64,000 bases of DNA from an uncultured Gemmatimonadaceae bacterium (GCA_963829055.1 CAWHHI010000020.1:896001-960000); one strand, 5' to 3'; positions 10,456 through 22,465 are shown, counted from the first letter of the stretch. Program-made: numbers and translations. The notes: a model not told the origin generated them from the letters alone.

Positions 10456-11091
10456 TCAGGTAGCGAGCACCCGCGACACACCGTCCGAGGCAATTGGCAG
10501 CTCGACCGCGCGAGCGATGGCGCGCGCGATCTTCGCCCCGCCGTGTGACGATGGCTCGATGGGATTCGCGTAGTCCCTCGGCTCGTTGCAGATGAGGCGA
10601 AGGTCGAGCACAGTCAGCCTGTGCTCGAAGGCCACGCGGAGGATCGCGTCGTTGAAGACCGAGAGCGCCGTCGACGCGAGGCGCTGGTACTCCGCGTCCG
10701 GGAAGTTGCCGTTGTAGATCGTGCAGAGCGTGAGCGGCAGCCCAGGCACGCGGAGCGCCGTCACGATCGTTCGATATCTCGCCTCGAACCGCGCGGCGGC
10801 GGTCGCGAATCGCCCGATCACCTCGGCGCTCGACTGCGCGCGCTGCTCGAGCAGATCGGCGTGGCCCAGCGCGTCATTGCCGCCGAGGCTCAAGACGAGG
10901 TGCGAGGCGTCCTTCGGGATGGCGGTGAGCTGGCGGCCGAACGTTTCCGTGGTGGCTCCGTCGACGGCGCCTAACGTCGCCCGCCAGCCGGATGGGAGTA
11001 CGCCCCGCACTTGTGTGACGACGTCGGGCCCACCGCCCGTGTAAGCCCCGTTGTCGAGGATGGAATCACCGAGGAGAACCACATGTCGCAT
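10456..11091 (-). CDS. SGNH/GDSL hydrolase family protein
   Basis: LLGDSILDN; SLGGND; NPIEPS in place of DxxHP. Confidence 0.85.
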   Translation of the reverse strand: MRHVVLLGDSILDNGAYTGGGPDVVTQVRGVLPSGWRATLGAVDGATTETFGRQLTAIPKDASHLVLSLGGNDALGHADLLEQRAQSSAEVIGRFATAAARFEARYRTIVTALRVPGLPLTLCTIYNGNFPDAEYQRLASTALSVFNDAILRVAFEHRLTVLDLRLICNEPRDYANPIEPSSHGGAKIARAIARAVELPIASDGVSRVLAT

Positions 11092-11181
11092 GCACGAATG
11101 CTACTCGCCATGCGCGATTGGCGATTGCTGATCAGTCACCCGTCGGGCTCCGTTGAAGCCGCAGTTCGGCTGACACGGCGA

Positions 11182-13802
11182 TCACCGCGTCGCGCGGTCG
11201 AGTCCCATTTTCGCCAGCAACACACGCCAGCGCGGATCGCCGTGTAGCGACTTGAACCCAGGGTCCACCATCACCCCGTCGAGAAACGACGCCCGCTCGT
11301 TGAACGCGAGGTCGAGCCAGCGAAAGGCATCGTTCGCTTGTCCGAGCCCCGCGTACGCCATCGCGATATGAAATGGCGGTACATAACGCTGACTCCGCGA
11401 CGCCAGGAGCATCTGCACGATCCGCTTCGCGGTCGCGCGGTCGCCAGTCACGGCGTACGCGTACGCGAGCTGTGCCGAGTCGCGAACCCCGGTCAGGCGA
11501 GCCGCCGAACGAAGCGCGGCGATGGCCTCGCCGTGCATGCCCTTGAGCAGGTACGCGTGACCCAGCTGCTGCCACGCCATGTCGGACTGCGGGTTGAGTC
11601 GAGTGGCTTGTCTGAGCACTCGGATGGCGTCGTCAGGGCGTCCGGCATTCACGTAGACGCGGCCGAGCATTGTGTCGATCCCACGGTTCAGACGGGTCCG
11701 CTCGCTGGCAGTATCGAGCTGCGCTAGCGCCTCGTCGAAGCGGGCCTGCGACTGAAGACAGATCGCGAGCACCCTGCGCGCATACGCGTAACTCGGGTTT
11801 AGCTCGAGAGCGCGTCGCAGCTCGCGCTCCGATCCTTTCCAGTCATAGTCGTGCGTACACAGCGCGTGACCGAGCGACGTGCGCGCTTCCGCGAGCGTGG
11901 AGTCGAGCTGCAGCGCACGATCGGCGTTGGCGCGGGCGTTCGCGCTCGCCTGAGCGGCAGGATCGCCATACCCGAAGTTCGCGCTCGACGTGTAGATGTC
12001 CGACAGCCCCGAATAGGCCCTGGCGTACGTCGAATCGTGCGCGATCGCTTTTTTGAAGTACTCCTCTGCGCGCTGCAGATTCTGTCGGGCGCATGCCCGC
12101 ATAGAGGGCGAAGCGCCCCAAGAGGTACAGGCTGTCCGCCGCCGAATACGTGCCGGCTCGCGGAGCGTCGGACAGGGCGAACCGTACCTGAAGCGCCTCC
12201 GCGATCGCCCGCGCAATTCTTGGCTGCACGCCGAAGACGTCCTTCCACTCGCCTCGGTACGTATTCGTCCACAACACTGCTGATCCACCGCGCGGCTGGA
12301 GGAGCTCGACGAGCACCACGTATGACGTTCCGACGTGCCGCACGTTCCCCTCGATCAGGTAATCGACACCTAACGTGTCGGCGATCGCCCGTGGTTTGAG
12401 CGAGCTTCCCTTGAGCGCGAACGCCGACGAACGCGGCGGTGACACGCAACCCACGCACCTTGCCGAGCGTGCCGATCAGCTCGTCGGTGAATCCATCGAT
12501 GATCGGGTCGTCGGCCGGGATCCCCACGCTGTTCTCGAACGGAAGCACCGCGACTGACCTGACCATCACGTCCGTGGATGCGTGGCTTCCGGAGAGCGAT
12601 GCACTGCGCTGCCACACGAGGTAGCCGGCGATCACGGCGAGCAGGCCAAGCGCGCTGATGGCGACGCCAACGCGGAACCGGCGTCGCCGCGTTCCGTTGT
12701 TCGCCCGCCCTGTCCCGGCCGCGCTGCGTCCCGCCGTCGACGCCTCATCCAACGCACGAACGACGTCCTCCGCACTGGCTGGCCGCGACGCGGGATCCTT
12801 CTGGAGCAGGTGGGTCACGAGCGCGTCCACCGCCGGCGGAACGGCGGGCACGCGCTGAGCCAACGATTCGGGAGTCGCCTCCACGATCCGGTGCAACACC
12901 GCGGCGTACGACGGCGCATCGAACGGACGGACGCCGCAGAGCATCTCGTACAGTGTCACGCCTAACGCCCAGAAATCTGCCCGGCGATCGATCTCCCGAC
13001 CCCGCAGCTGCTCCGGCGACAGGTACGCCACGGTCCCGAGCACGGTCCCCGGTCGCGTTGGGTTCTCGCCGGCGATCTTCGCGATGCCGAAGTCGCTCAG
13101 GCGCACCGAGCCGTCGGCGTCGAATAGCACGTTGGCCGGTTTCACGTCGCGGTGCACGACGCCACGCGCGTGTGCGGCCGCTAACGCCATCGCAAGCTCG
13201 CGCGTGATGCGGAGCGCCTCCGCTACCGGTAGCGCGCCTTCCGCACGCAGCTTCTCGGCCAGTGATCCGCCCTCGCAGAACGCCATTGTGTAGTACGGCA
13301 GCCCATCGGTCGTCACGCCGCCGTCGAATATCCGGGCAATGTGCGGGTGCTCCAGCGACACCAGGAGCTGTCGCTCGGCGAGAAAGCGCGTGACGTGGGC
13401 TCGCCCGTCCGGCACTCCGGCGCGCACGACCTTGAGTGCCACGCGCTGTCGAAAGGTCGGGTCATCCCGCTCGGCAAGATAGACCACGCCCATGCCGCCG
13501 CGGCCGATCTCGCGCTCGATGCGGTACGGACCGATGCGATCGGGAGGACGCTCGGGTAGATCTGCGTCGGCGTCGCCCATCCCACCGGCGATCAACGGTG
13601 AAGCCAACTCGGTTGCCGCCCCGCTGAGAAACCGGTCCGACTTGTCGTGCGCACGCAGGAGCCGCTCGACGTCAGCTCCGAGCGCCGCGTCATCCGCGCA
13701 CGCGTGAGCGACGAACGCGGCGCGATCGCCGGGCGCGAGGTCCAGCGCTGCGTCGAACAGGGCGTCAGCACGGCGGAACCGCTCCGCGGATGAGGATTCC
13801 AT
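11182..13802 (-). CDS. Ser/Thr kinase - TM - TolB_N-like - TPR protein; two frameshifts (~12435, ~12090)
   Basis: IGRGGMGVVYLA, HRDVKPAN, DFG, GTVAYLSPE; SVAVLPFEN; TPRs AEARTSLGHAL; ends DPGFKSLHGDPRW. Confidence 0.85.
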
Positions 13803-13808
13803 GAGGCG

Positions 13809-14426
13809 TCAGCCGACCGCGTCGGGGTACAGCGTCTGGTAGAGCCAGCTCCTCGCCTTCGCCCAGTCACGCTTCGCCGTCCGCAGCCCGACGCCTAACG
13901 TCGTCGCCGTCTCGTCCTCGGTGAGGCCGCCGAAGAAGCGGAGCTCCACGACCTGTGCCTGACGCGCGTCGAGCGATGCCAGCCGCACGAGGGCGTCGTC
14001 GAGCGCCACGAGGAGGTCGGCGCGCTCATCGACCGCGAGCCCTTCCAGACTCTCGAGCGGGACGCGACGCGCTCCGTCACCGCGCTTGACCGCGTGATGG
14101 CGCCGCGCGTGATCGACGAGGATCCGTCGCATCGCGCGGGCGGCGACGGCGAAGAAGTGCACGCGGTCGTTGAAGGCGCCGCTCTCCTGGTCCCTCAACC
14201 GGAGATACGCCTCGTGCACCAGCGCCGTCGTGCTCAGGGTGTGCCCCTCGGCTTCACGCTCGAGGTGCCGGTGCGCGACTTGACGCAGCTCGTCGTAGAC
14301 CAGCGGAAATGTCTCTGCGACGCCGCCGGCGGGAAGCGGTGTAGGTGGGGACGGATTTTCCAACGACCGGCGTGGCTCGATTCGGGAGAAGGCTGCGCTC
14401 TTGGAAGTAGGGAGCGGGTTCAACAT
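13809..14426 (-). CDS. ECF sigma-70 factor, ECF43-like; exact start uncertain
   Basis: LVYDELRQVA; HTLSTTALVHEAYLRL; RVHFFAVAARAMRRILVDHAR; VELRFFGGL. Confidence 0.9.
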   Translation of the reverse strand: MLNPLPTSKSAAFSRIEPRRSLENPSPPTPLPAGGVAETFPLVYDELRQVAHRHLEREAEGHTLSTTALVHEAYLRLRDQESGAFNDRVHFFAVAARAMRRILVDHARRHHAVKRGDGARRVPLESLEGLAVDERADLLVALDDALVRLASLDARQAQVVELRFFGGLTEDETATTLGVGLRTAKRDWAKARSWLYQTLYPDAVG

Positions 14427-14494
14427 GGACCGCGACCCCAGTCCCGGCAATACAGCAGCTGCCGAAGCGGCGGCATTCCCCTCTGGAGGCACAC

Positions 14495-15019
14495 ATGCGC
14501 ACATCGCTCGCCACCATCGTCCTGCTCGCGTCCGGTCTCACCGCGTGCGCTGACAGCGCTCCCACCTCGCCCGCCACGTTAGCGGCAGGCTCCACCCGCT
14601 CTGTCGCCTCGCAACGCTCAGGCACGTCGCGGCCGTTTTCAGGATCCTGCACCCTCACATTCAACGCACCCTCGTTCCCGCCGCCTGCGATCCACCATCA
14701 GATCGATACGGGGACGTGTCACTTCACGCATCTCGGCCTCACCGACTTCTACGGGGAACAGGACATCAACTTCGCTGCCGGTACGCAAGTCGGATGGCGC
14801 ACACTCACGGCCGCTAACGGCGATCAGCTGTTTCTCACGAACTCCGGAAGAAACAGCGGGGGGCCGGTCGGAGGGCTGGTGAGCATCGATGCACAGTTCG
14901 TGATCGTCGGTGGAACTGGACGCTTCGCCGGCGCGACCGGAAGCGGACGGGGCATCGGCGTCGCGAACGTGATCACGAGAACGACCACGATCTCGATCGA
15001 CGGATCGATCAGCTACTAG
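14495..15019 (+). CDS. Hypothetical lipoprotein, beta-rich
   Basis: GGAGG RBS; lipobox LTAC; IVGGTGRFAGATG motif. Confidence 0.75.
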   Translation: MRTSLATIVLLASGLTACADSAPTSPATLAAGSTRSVASQRSGTSRPFSGSCTLTFNAPSFPPPAIHHQIDTGTCHFTHLGLTDFYGEQDINFAAGTQVGWRTLTAANGDQLFLTNSGRNSGGPVGGLVSIDAQFVIVGGTGRFAGATGSGRGIGVANVITRTTTISIDGSISY

Positions 15020-15056
15020 CTCGCCGCGCTCTAACCTGCCCTTCCCCGGAGGTTCG

Positions 15057-15509
15057 ATGTTCGCCACACTCGACAGTGAGCCGAGAGAATACCTGGTCGT
15101 ACTGGCCGTGATCGTCGGTACGCTAGCGGTTCCAGGGTGTGGCGCCTCGCCGCCAGCGATGCGTTCCCGCACGGGTCCCGAGCGCACCGAGATCACGTTG
15201 GCCGAGGTCCGGCCGGTAGCGCGACGAGTGACCAACGCCTACGACGTCGTCCGCACCGTGCGGCCGTGGATGTTGGTCGTGCGTGACAGGAGTAGGCTGC
15301 TGACAGCAGGCCCGTCGACACCTAACGACACACGTGGGGTCCGCGTCTACATCGACGACATCAGTGTTGGCGGTGTCGAGACGCTGCGCACCATTCCCAG
15401 GGATGCCATCGTTTTCATCCAATGGTTCTCGGCCATCAATGCGACGACGCGTTACGGAGAGGGACACCTGGCCGGCGTCATCGCAGTGACCACTGGCGCG
15501 CACCGCTGA
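15057..15509 (+). CDS. Lipoprotein with a stand-alone TonB-receptor plug-like domain
   Basis: GGAGG RBS; VPGC lipobox; VYIDD...LRTIPRDAI...ATTRYG...AGVIAVTT. Confidence 0.7.
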   Translation: MFATLDSEPREYLVVLAVIVGTLAVPGCGASPPAMRSRTGPERTEITLAEVRPVARRVTNAYDVVRTVRPWMLVVRDRSRLLTAGPSTPNDTRGVRVYIDDISVGGVETLRTIPRDAIVFIQWFSAINATTRYGEGHLAGVIAVTTGAHR

Positions 15510-15533
15510 TGATTGGGCCGCGGGCCAGCACGC

Positions 15534-16271
15534 TCACTCCCAGCGGAAGACCCGTGCCGAGAGTGCCGTGCACACGACGAAGACGACGACGAGCCCGATG
15601 ACATCGCCCACGTGGGCCGACCACGGCTCCCCCTGCCAGATGCCTAACAGCAGCGACACCGCGTACGTCAACGGCAGGTGTCGCAGCCACGACGGCAGCA
15701 GGGTGATCGGAATGAACAATCCCGACAGCACGAACATCGGGTAGAGGATGACGGCGCCGATGGGCTGCGCGAACCGCGCTGTCGGAACGACGGCCGCGAT
15801 GAGGAAGCCGATGGACAGGATGCTCCACGTCGCGATCACGAGCGCGACCACGAAGCTGACCACCGGGAACTGCGCCCCCGCGGGGTAGTACCGCCGGCCG
15901 GCGAGCAGCATCAAGGTCAGCGTCGCCGCCGTGAGCCCGAGCTTCACGAGCACGTGCGCCGTGAGAATCGTCCACGGCCGGAGCGGCGTCGCGCGCAGTC
16001 GTTTGAGGATGCCGCCCTCGCGGTAGATCGAGATGATCGCGACCAGCGACAGCACGGCGTTGAGCGTGATGAGCACGGCGACGAGCACCGGCAGGTTCAC
16101 GCGGAAGAACGTGTTCGACGCATAGGCGGCCGGCGGCAGCATCGTGCGCCCGAGGCGTCCGAACATCACGAACAGCAGCACCGGTATGAGAATGGAGCCG
16201 AACGCGCCTAACGGCTCGCGCATGAACACCTTCAGCTCGATCCACGTCAACGTCCAGAGACCGCGTAACAT
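15534..16271 (-). CDS. ABC-2 type transporter permease
   Basis: ELKVFMREP; YREGGILKRLRATPL; LSGLFIP; ends FRWE. Confidence 0.9.
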   Translation of the reverse strand: MLRGLWTLTWIELKVFMREPLGAFGSILIPVLLFVMFGRLGRTMLPPAAYASNTFFRVNLPVLVAVLITLNAVLSLVAIISIYREGGILKRLRATPLRPWTILTAHVLVKLGLTAATLTLMLLAGRRYYPAGAQFPVVSFVVALVIATWSILSIGFLIAAVVPTARFAQPIGAVILYPMFVLSGLFIPITLLPSWLRHLPLTYAVSLLLGIWQGEPWSAHVGDVIGLVVVFVVCTALSARVFRWE

Positions 16272-16285
16272 GATGCTCCGATGCC

Positions 16286-16724
16286 CGATTGCGGAATTAG
16301 GATTGCGGGATTGTGGCTGCGAGCTGCGTGCAACTGCAACTGCAGCGACAGGATGGCCAGGATTGACAGGATTGAGAAGATGACCACCTCGGCGTCGGGG
16401 AGCGTGTCGCCGGGGCCTAACGAATGGGGAACACATCTCGGGGCGAGTGGCGTCCCGAGCGGCCGTTCCTCTCATACTGGGCTCGTTGCGGGAGGGACGT
16501 TGGGCGCGACACGGAGCCTCTGTTCAATCCTGTCCATCCTGCCAATCCTGTCATGCCGTTGCTGTTGCTGTTGCCGGCCCACGCGGTGGAGCGGCGCTCG
16601 GCGAGAGTAGCGTCCGGAGCGGCCGTCCCCTTCGTTCCGACGCGTTGCGCGAGCGAGCCTGAGTGCAGAGTCGTCATCCTGTTAATCCTGTCCATGCTGG
16701 CCATCCCGTCCTGCAGTTGCAGTT
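16286..16724. repeat. Inverted repeat region built from 9-bp, 7-bp and 6-bp tandem units
   Basis: 16331-16384 is nearly the reverse complement of 16673-16724; a third inverted copy at 16524-16574; heptamers GATTGCG/GAATTAG at ~16286-16320. Confidence 0.8.
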
Positions 16725-16753
16725 ATACCGACCCGCGACGAAGCTCGGCATCC

Positions 16754-17689
16754 CTAATCCCGAATGGAGTGTCCCGTCACCTGCAGAAAGACATCCTCGA
16801 GCGTCGGCAGAATCGTCCGGAAGTCGGTCACGCGGATGCGCTCGTCGGACAGACAGTGGATCACCTCCGTCACCAGGTCATCGCCGTTGCCGGAGATCGT
16901 TAGGCGACCGTCGGTGGCCGTCACCGACGTGACGTGAGGCATCGCCCGAAAGCGCTCCTCGGCCACCGGGCTCTCCGTCGAGAGCACGACCGTCCGCGCC
17001 GGACAGTGGCGACGCACGAGACGATCGGGCGTGTCCATGTCGATGATGCGCCCGTGGTCGATGATCGCCACGCGATCGCACAGCCGCTCCGCTTCTTCCA
17101 TGAGATGCGTCGTCAGGAAGACCGTCTTGCCGCGCGTGCGGATGTCGCGCACGAGGTCCCAGATCGTGCGGCGCGACTGCGGGTCGAGACCCGTCGTGAG
17201 CTCATCGAGGAACACGACCTCCGGGTCGTTGATGAGCGCGAGCACGATGAAGAGACGCTGCTTCTGCCCGCCCGACAGGTTCATGAACCACGCGTTGCGC
17301 TTCTCCGCGAGCCCGAGCTGCTCGAGTAGCCGGTCGCCGTCCGACCGCGGTTTGCGGTACAGCGTCGCCCAGAGGTGCACCGCCTCCGACACCTTGATGC
17401 GCTTCTGAAGCTGGGCCTGTTGCAGCTGGGCGCCGATGCGGTCCTGCAGGGCATACACATCGCGGAAGGGGTCGAGGCCGAGCACGGAGATGGTGCCGCG
17501 GTCCGGCGTGCGGAGCCCCTGCACGCACTCCATCGTCGTCGTCTTCCCTGCCCCGTTAGGCCCGATCAGCCCGAAGATCTCCCCGTCATAGACCTCGAAG
17601 GACACGTCGTCCACGGCGACAGTGGACTTGTACGTCTTCCGAAAGCCCGAAACCTGGATGACGGGGCGCGGCGTTCTCGACGGCGGCAT
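16754..17689 (-). CDS. ABC transporter ATP-binding protein (DrrA-like)
   Basis: GPNGAGKTT; LSGGQKQR; VFLDELTTGLD; TTHLMEEAE. Confidence 0.93.
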   Translation of the reverse strand: MPPSRTPRPVIQVSGFRKTYKSTVAVDDVSFEVYDGEIFGLIGPNGAGKTTTMECVQGLRTPDRGTISVLGLDPFRDVYALQDRIGAQLQQAQLQKRIKVSEAVHLWATLYRKPRSDGDRLLEQLGLAEKRNAWFMNLSGGQKQRLFIVLALINDPEVVFLDELTTGLDPQSRRTIWDLVRDIRTRGKTVFLTTHLMEEAERLCDRVAIIDHGRIIDMDTPDRLVRRHCPARTVVLSTESPVAEERFRAMPHVTSVTATDGRLTISGNGDDLVTEVIHCLSDERIRVTDFRTILPTLEDVFLQVTGHSIRD

Positions 17690-18068
17690 GCGAAGAAAGC
17701 ATACGCGCAAGCGCACCCCGGTCGCCAGCAGCCACCGACCGTCCATGCCCGTCGCCGTCATCGTCGCGTCACGTCGCCCAACACTCGAACACGCCTGCGC
17801 ACGCCCGGCAACGTGAGACGCCGTTAATGGTCAGTCCATCGCTCCGTATTCGTGCGGAGGCGACGCCGATGCGACCGCAACGCCCCGCCTCACGCGCTCT
17901 ATTGCGGAAGATTGCGGTGCGCAGTATCCCAATTGTCTGCGACGCCCAAAAATCGTCGCCGCGCGATCTGCTCTCTGGCGTAGATCGGCGCCTCGCGGGC
18001 CGGCTCCTCTGGCGCTGTTGTGAGAGGACGCAGCCGCGCGATGTTCATGCACTCACACGGAGGTGCTC

Positions 18069-21000
18069 ATGCGTAGACGACTCGTCACTCGATCCCTAGT
18101 GCCACTCCTCGCGTTGTTCTTCGCCGGGACCGCCGCGGCGCAGAACAGAACCGCGACGGTCAGTGGCCAAGTCACCGACTCCTCGTCGAAAGCTCCGCTA
18201 CAGGGGGCGGAGGTGTTCCTCGGCGCGGACGCGGCCATCGTGGGTGCGCGAAGCGCGCGCACGAACGCGGAGGGTCGCTATACGTTCACGGGCGTCGCTG
18301 CCGGTACGGTCACGGTCAGCGTGCGGCTCGTCGGCTTCGCGCCGAAGGCCCAGCGACTGACCGTCACTGACGGTGCCCAGCTCACCGCCGACTTCGCACT
18401 CTCGCAGCGGACGACGCAGCTCGATCAGGTCGTCGTCACGGGCACCGGCGGCGTCACGCAACGGCGCGCGGTCGGCAACGTCGTCGAGACGATCGACGCG
18501 AAGAACGTGCTCGAGGTCGCGCCGGCGCGAAGCGTCGAGCAGCTCATCGGCGCGCGCACGCCCGGCCTCATCGCGCTGCCGAGCACGCGGTCAGGTGGGC
18601 ACCGGTCGCGCAGATCCGCGTTCGCGCGGCGAGCAGCCTCTCGCTCAGCAACGATCCGATCATCGTACATCGACGGCGTGCGCATGGATGCCGACGCCTC
18701 GCGCGGCCCCGGTGCAGCGCGGCGGCTGCCGGCGCGAGCCGACTCAACGACATCAACCCCGAGGACATCGAGAGCATCGAGGTCATCAAGGGACCCGCCG
18801 CGGCGACGCTCTATGGCACGGAGGCCTCCAACGGCGTCATCCAGATCATCACGAAGCGCGGCAATCCGGAAAGACGCAGTTTGGGTTCACCACGCGCCAG
18901 GGCACGAACTGGCTCGCGAATCCCGAAGGACGCGCCGGGATGCTCTACGCGCCGGGCGCAACGGCGGGCGAAGTCATTGGCTTCAACCTCTACAAGCACG
19001 AGATCGAGAACGGCAACGGCCCGATCTTCCAGAACGGCCGCAACCAGGGCTACCAGGGCAACGTGACGCGGCGGAACGGACGCCAACCGATACTACCTCT
19101 CGGCCGGCGTACGATGACGACGTCGGCGTCGTCAGCTGGAACTGGGACAAGAAGTTCAGCGGACGCGCAAACCTCGACATCCTGGCGACCGACAAGCTCC
19201 GCTTTCAGGGAAGCCTCGGTCACATCCGCGATCGCATTCGTCTCGCGCAGAACGACATCAACACCGACCCGTTCAGCCAGCTCGTCTGGGGCACCCCGCG
19301 CCTGAAGGACGGTATCACGCGCGGCTTCGCGAACACGCCGCCGGAAGAATGGAAGATGATCGAGGGTCACGCGGACAACGACCGGACGACGCTCAGCTTC
19401 CGGCGGACTACAATCCGCTGCCGTGGTTCACGCATCGGCTCGTGACTGGGCCTCGACGTCAACTCGGAGAACAACTCGCTTGCTGTACCCACGCATGCCG
19501 TTAGGCGCGCAGGACCCGCTCGGCAATCAGCGGCACTGGCCAGAAGAGCGCCAACCGCACGTCGCGCAGCTTCCTCACGCTCGACTACTCGGGCAACCTC
19601 AAGTACGACCTGGGCGAGGCGTTCAAGTTCACGACGTCGCGTCGGATTGCAGCACTACCGGTCCGAGATCAGCAGGTTGGTGCGACAGCGACGACGTTCC
19701 CGGCCGCGCCGATCACGCTCGATCAGCATGGCACGACGACGACGGGCAACGAGACGTTCACCGGCAACGCCACCGTCGGCATGTTCGTCCAGCAGACGGC
19801 GGCGTGGAACAACCGTCTGTTCCTCACCGCCGCACTGCGCGGCGACGACAACAGCACGTTCGGCAAGGACTACACGGCCGCGTACTACCCGAAGGTCAGC
19901 GTGTCGTGGGTCGTCGAGCGAAGAGCCGTGGTTCAAGCTGCCGTTCATCGGCGACCTCCGGCTCCGCGGCGCGTTCGGCGCCGCCGGGACGCAGCCCGGC
20001 GACGTTCGACGCCGCGCGTCTCTATCAGTCGACCACCGGATATCGGATACCGCCCGGGCTCGTCCCCGACTCCTACGGCAACCCGCAGCTCAAGCCCGAG
20101 CGAAGCCAGGAGCTCGAGCTCGGCTTCGAGTCGACGATCCTGAACGGGAAGATCGATCTCTCGTACACGCACTACGAGCGCAACATCACCGACGCGATCG
20201 TGAACATGCCAATCCCGCCGTCGGTCGGCTTCCCGGGCAACCAGGTCGTCAACATCGGAAAGGTGACGGGCTGGGGGAACGAGTTCTCGGCGAACGTCCG
20301 CGTTCTCCAGGGCAGGCACGTCGCGTGGGAGCTCGGCACGCAGCTCGCGCAGCAATGGCAACCGCATCGACGACATGGGCGGCGCGCAATTCTTCACCAC
20401 CGGTCGGCGGCGGCGTCGGCGCAGAATCGCGTCGGCTTCGGCATCGCCGACTTCTTCATGTACAAGGTTCGCAAACCCGTGCTGACGTCGGCCGGCGTCG
20501 CCGACCTGAACGCATCGATCTGCGACGGCGGAACTGGCAAGGGCGGCGTCGAAGCCGGCGGTCCGGACACGCCGTGCGCGACGGCACCCCGCGTGTTCTG
20601 GGGCCACTCGCAGCCGATCTGGCAGATGGGCTACAACACGACCGTGACCCTCATGAATCGGCTGCGGCTCTACGCCCGCGTCGACGGAAACGGCGGCCAC
20701 TATCAGTCGGACACCGAGGTCCGTGCGCTCCACAACCAGGGCTCGACGCTCGGCGTCATCAACAAGGATCCGCTCCTCACGGTCTATCGCGCCATCGAAG
20801 CGGACGCGCCGGGCACGTACCGGCGAGCTTCCTGCGTCTCCGCGAGCTCTCGGCGACGTACTCGGCTCAGCCGTCGATCGCCCGCCGCATCGGCGCGTCG
20901 AGCGCGTCGCTGAGCGTCGCCGGCCGCAATCTTTCGATGCTCTGGACGCAGCAGGACGGATGGAATACCTCGCGCGACGGCAAGATCAAGATCGACATCG

Positions 21001-21116
21001 CCGACCAGCACGTGTGGGATCCAGAAATCCGCGCGGTCGGACAGCTGTCCAACGGCTTCCAGACCATCCTGCCGCCGACGGCGAGCTTCGTAACGACACT
21101 TCGTCTCACTTTCTGA
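18069..21116 (+). CDS. SusC/RagA-type TonB-dependent outer membrane protein; many frameshifts
   Basis: GGAGG RBS, signal peptide, N-terminal carboxypeptidase-like domain, LDQVVVTG, plug motif NDINPEDIESIEVIKGPAAATLYG (18745-18820), YGNPQLKPERSQELELG, C-terminal LRLTF. Confidence 0.85.
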
Positions 21117-21131
21117 CCAAGAGACCTAACG

Positions 21132-22422
21132 ATGCGACATCACATTGCTAGGACCCCGGTGCGTCGGACGGTGAACCTCCGACGCCTGACGGCCACGGTC
21201 GTGGCCGCGCTCATGACGACGACCGCGGCCTGCGACAGGCTGCTGGACGTCGAGAACCCGGCGAGCGTTCCGATCGAAGCGCTCGACGATCCGGCGCTCA
21301 TGCAGACCCTCGAATCTGCATCGCATCCAATCGTTCCAGTGCGCGTTCCAGCAGTACGTCGGGACGGTTGGCGTACTGTCCGGTGAGTACTGGGTTTCCA
21401 GTAACTTCGTCGACAGCCACCCGTGGGAGTGGCGCGGCATCGTCCAGATCAAGGGCACGGGCGGCAGCTGTCCGAACAACCGAAATGCGACTTCGCTCGG
21501 CTTCTACACGCCCATGCAGCAGGCGCAATTCCAACTCGACGACCTGTTCGAGCGCGTCTCGAAGTTCACCGACGCGGAGGTACCGAACAGGCAGCGCATG
21601 CTGGCCGAGGCCCGCGCGTACTCAGGCTACGCCCATCTCATTCTGGGCGAGACGATGTGCGAGATGGCGCTCGACGGCGGCCCGAAGATGACGAGCCAGG
21701 AAGTGTGGGCAGTCGCCGAGTCGCGGTTCTCGGAAGCGATCACGATCGCGACGGCGTTAGGCACCGGCGCTGACGCCGTCAGCCTGAAGAACATGGCGAT
21801 TGCGGGGCGCGCACGGACACGACTCATGATGGGCAAGCTGGCCGAGGCCGCGGCGGATGCGCGGTTGGTGCCGGCCAACTTCGTGCGCAACGCGGAGTAC
21901 ACGAACTCGAGTCAGGCCCGCGAGAACCGCATGTTCAACATGACGGTCACGAACCGATTCATCTCCGTGACGCCTGCCTACCAGAACCTGACGGTCAACG
22001 GGGCTGCCGATCCCAGGGTCCCCGCGGTTAATGCGAATGTATTGGGTCAGGACGGCGCGACGCCGTACTGGCGGCAAACCAAGATCACGGCCGTCAACTC
22101 ACCGTTGCCGATCGCATCGTACAAAGAGTCGCAGCTGATTCTCGCCGAGGCGTCGACGGATCAGGCGGAGAAGCTCGCGGCGCTCAACCGCGTTCGCGCG
22201 CTTTACAGCATCGCGCCGCTGACCGGTACGGTCACCGACGACATCATCATCGAGGAGCGGAGACGCGGGCTGTTCAGCGAAGGACAGCGCTATACCGACA
22301 TGCTCCGCAAGAAGCTGCCGTTCCAGACGGGCACGAACCGGAAGGGCCAGACGTACAGCGATCTCACGTGCATCCCGCTGCCCGACGTCGAGACGCAGAA
22401 CAACCCGAACTTCTCGCCCTGA
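21132..22422 (+). CDS. SusD/RagB-type lipoprotein; frameshift near 21320
   Basis: Lipobox TAAC-DRLLDVENP; GRARTRL; YKESQLILAEA; EERRRGLFSEGQR; IPLPDVETQNNPN. Confidence 0.85.
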
Positions 22423-22465
22423 TCCTGCGGATCGTATGGCGCCGGTGAGCGCCTAACGATCGAGA

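Noticed and set aside
17762..18068. Riboswitch upstream of the SusC-type gene
   Set aside because: No cobalamin, TPP or other consensus was recognisable by eye; an Rfam/Infernal scan would be needed.
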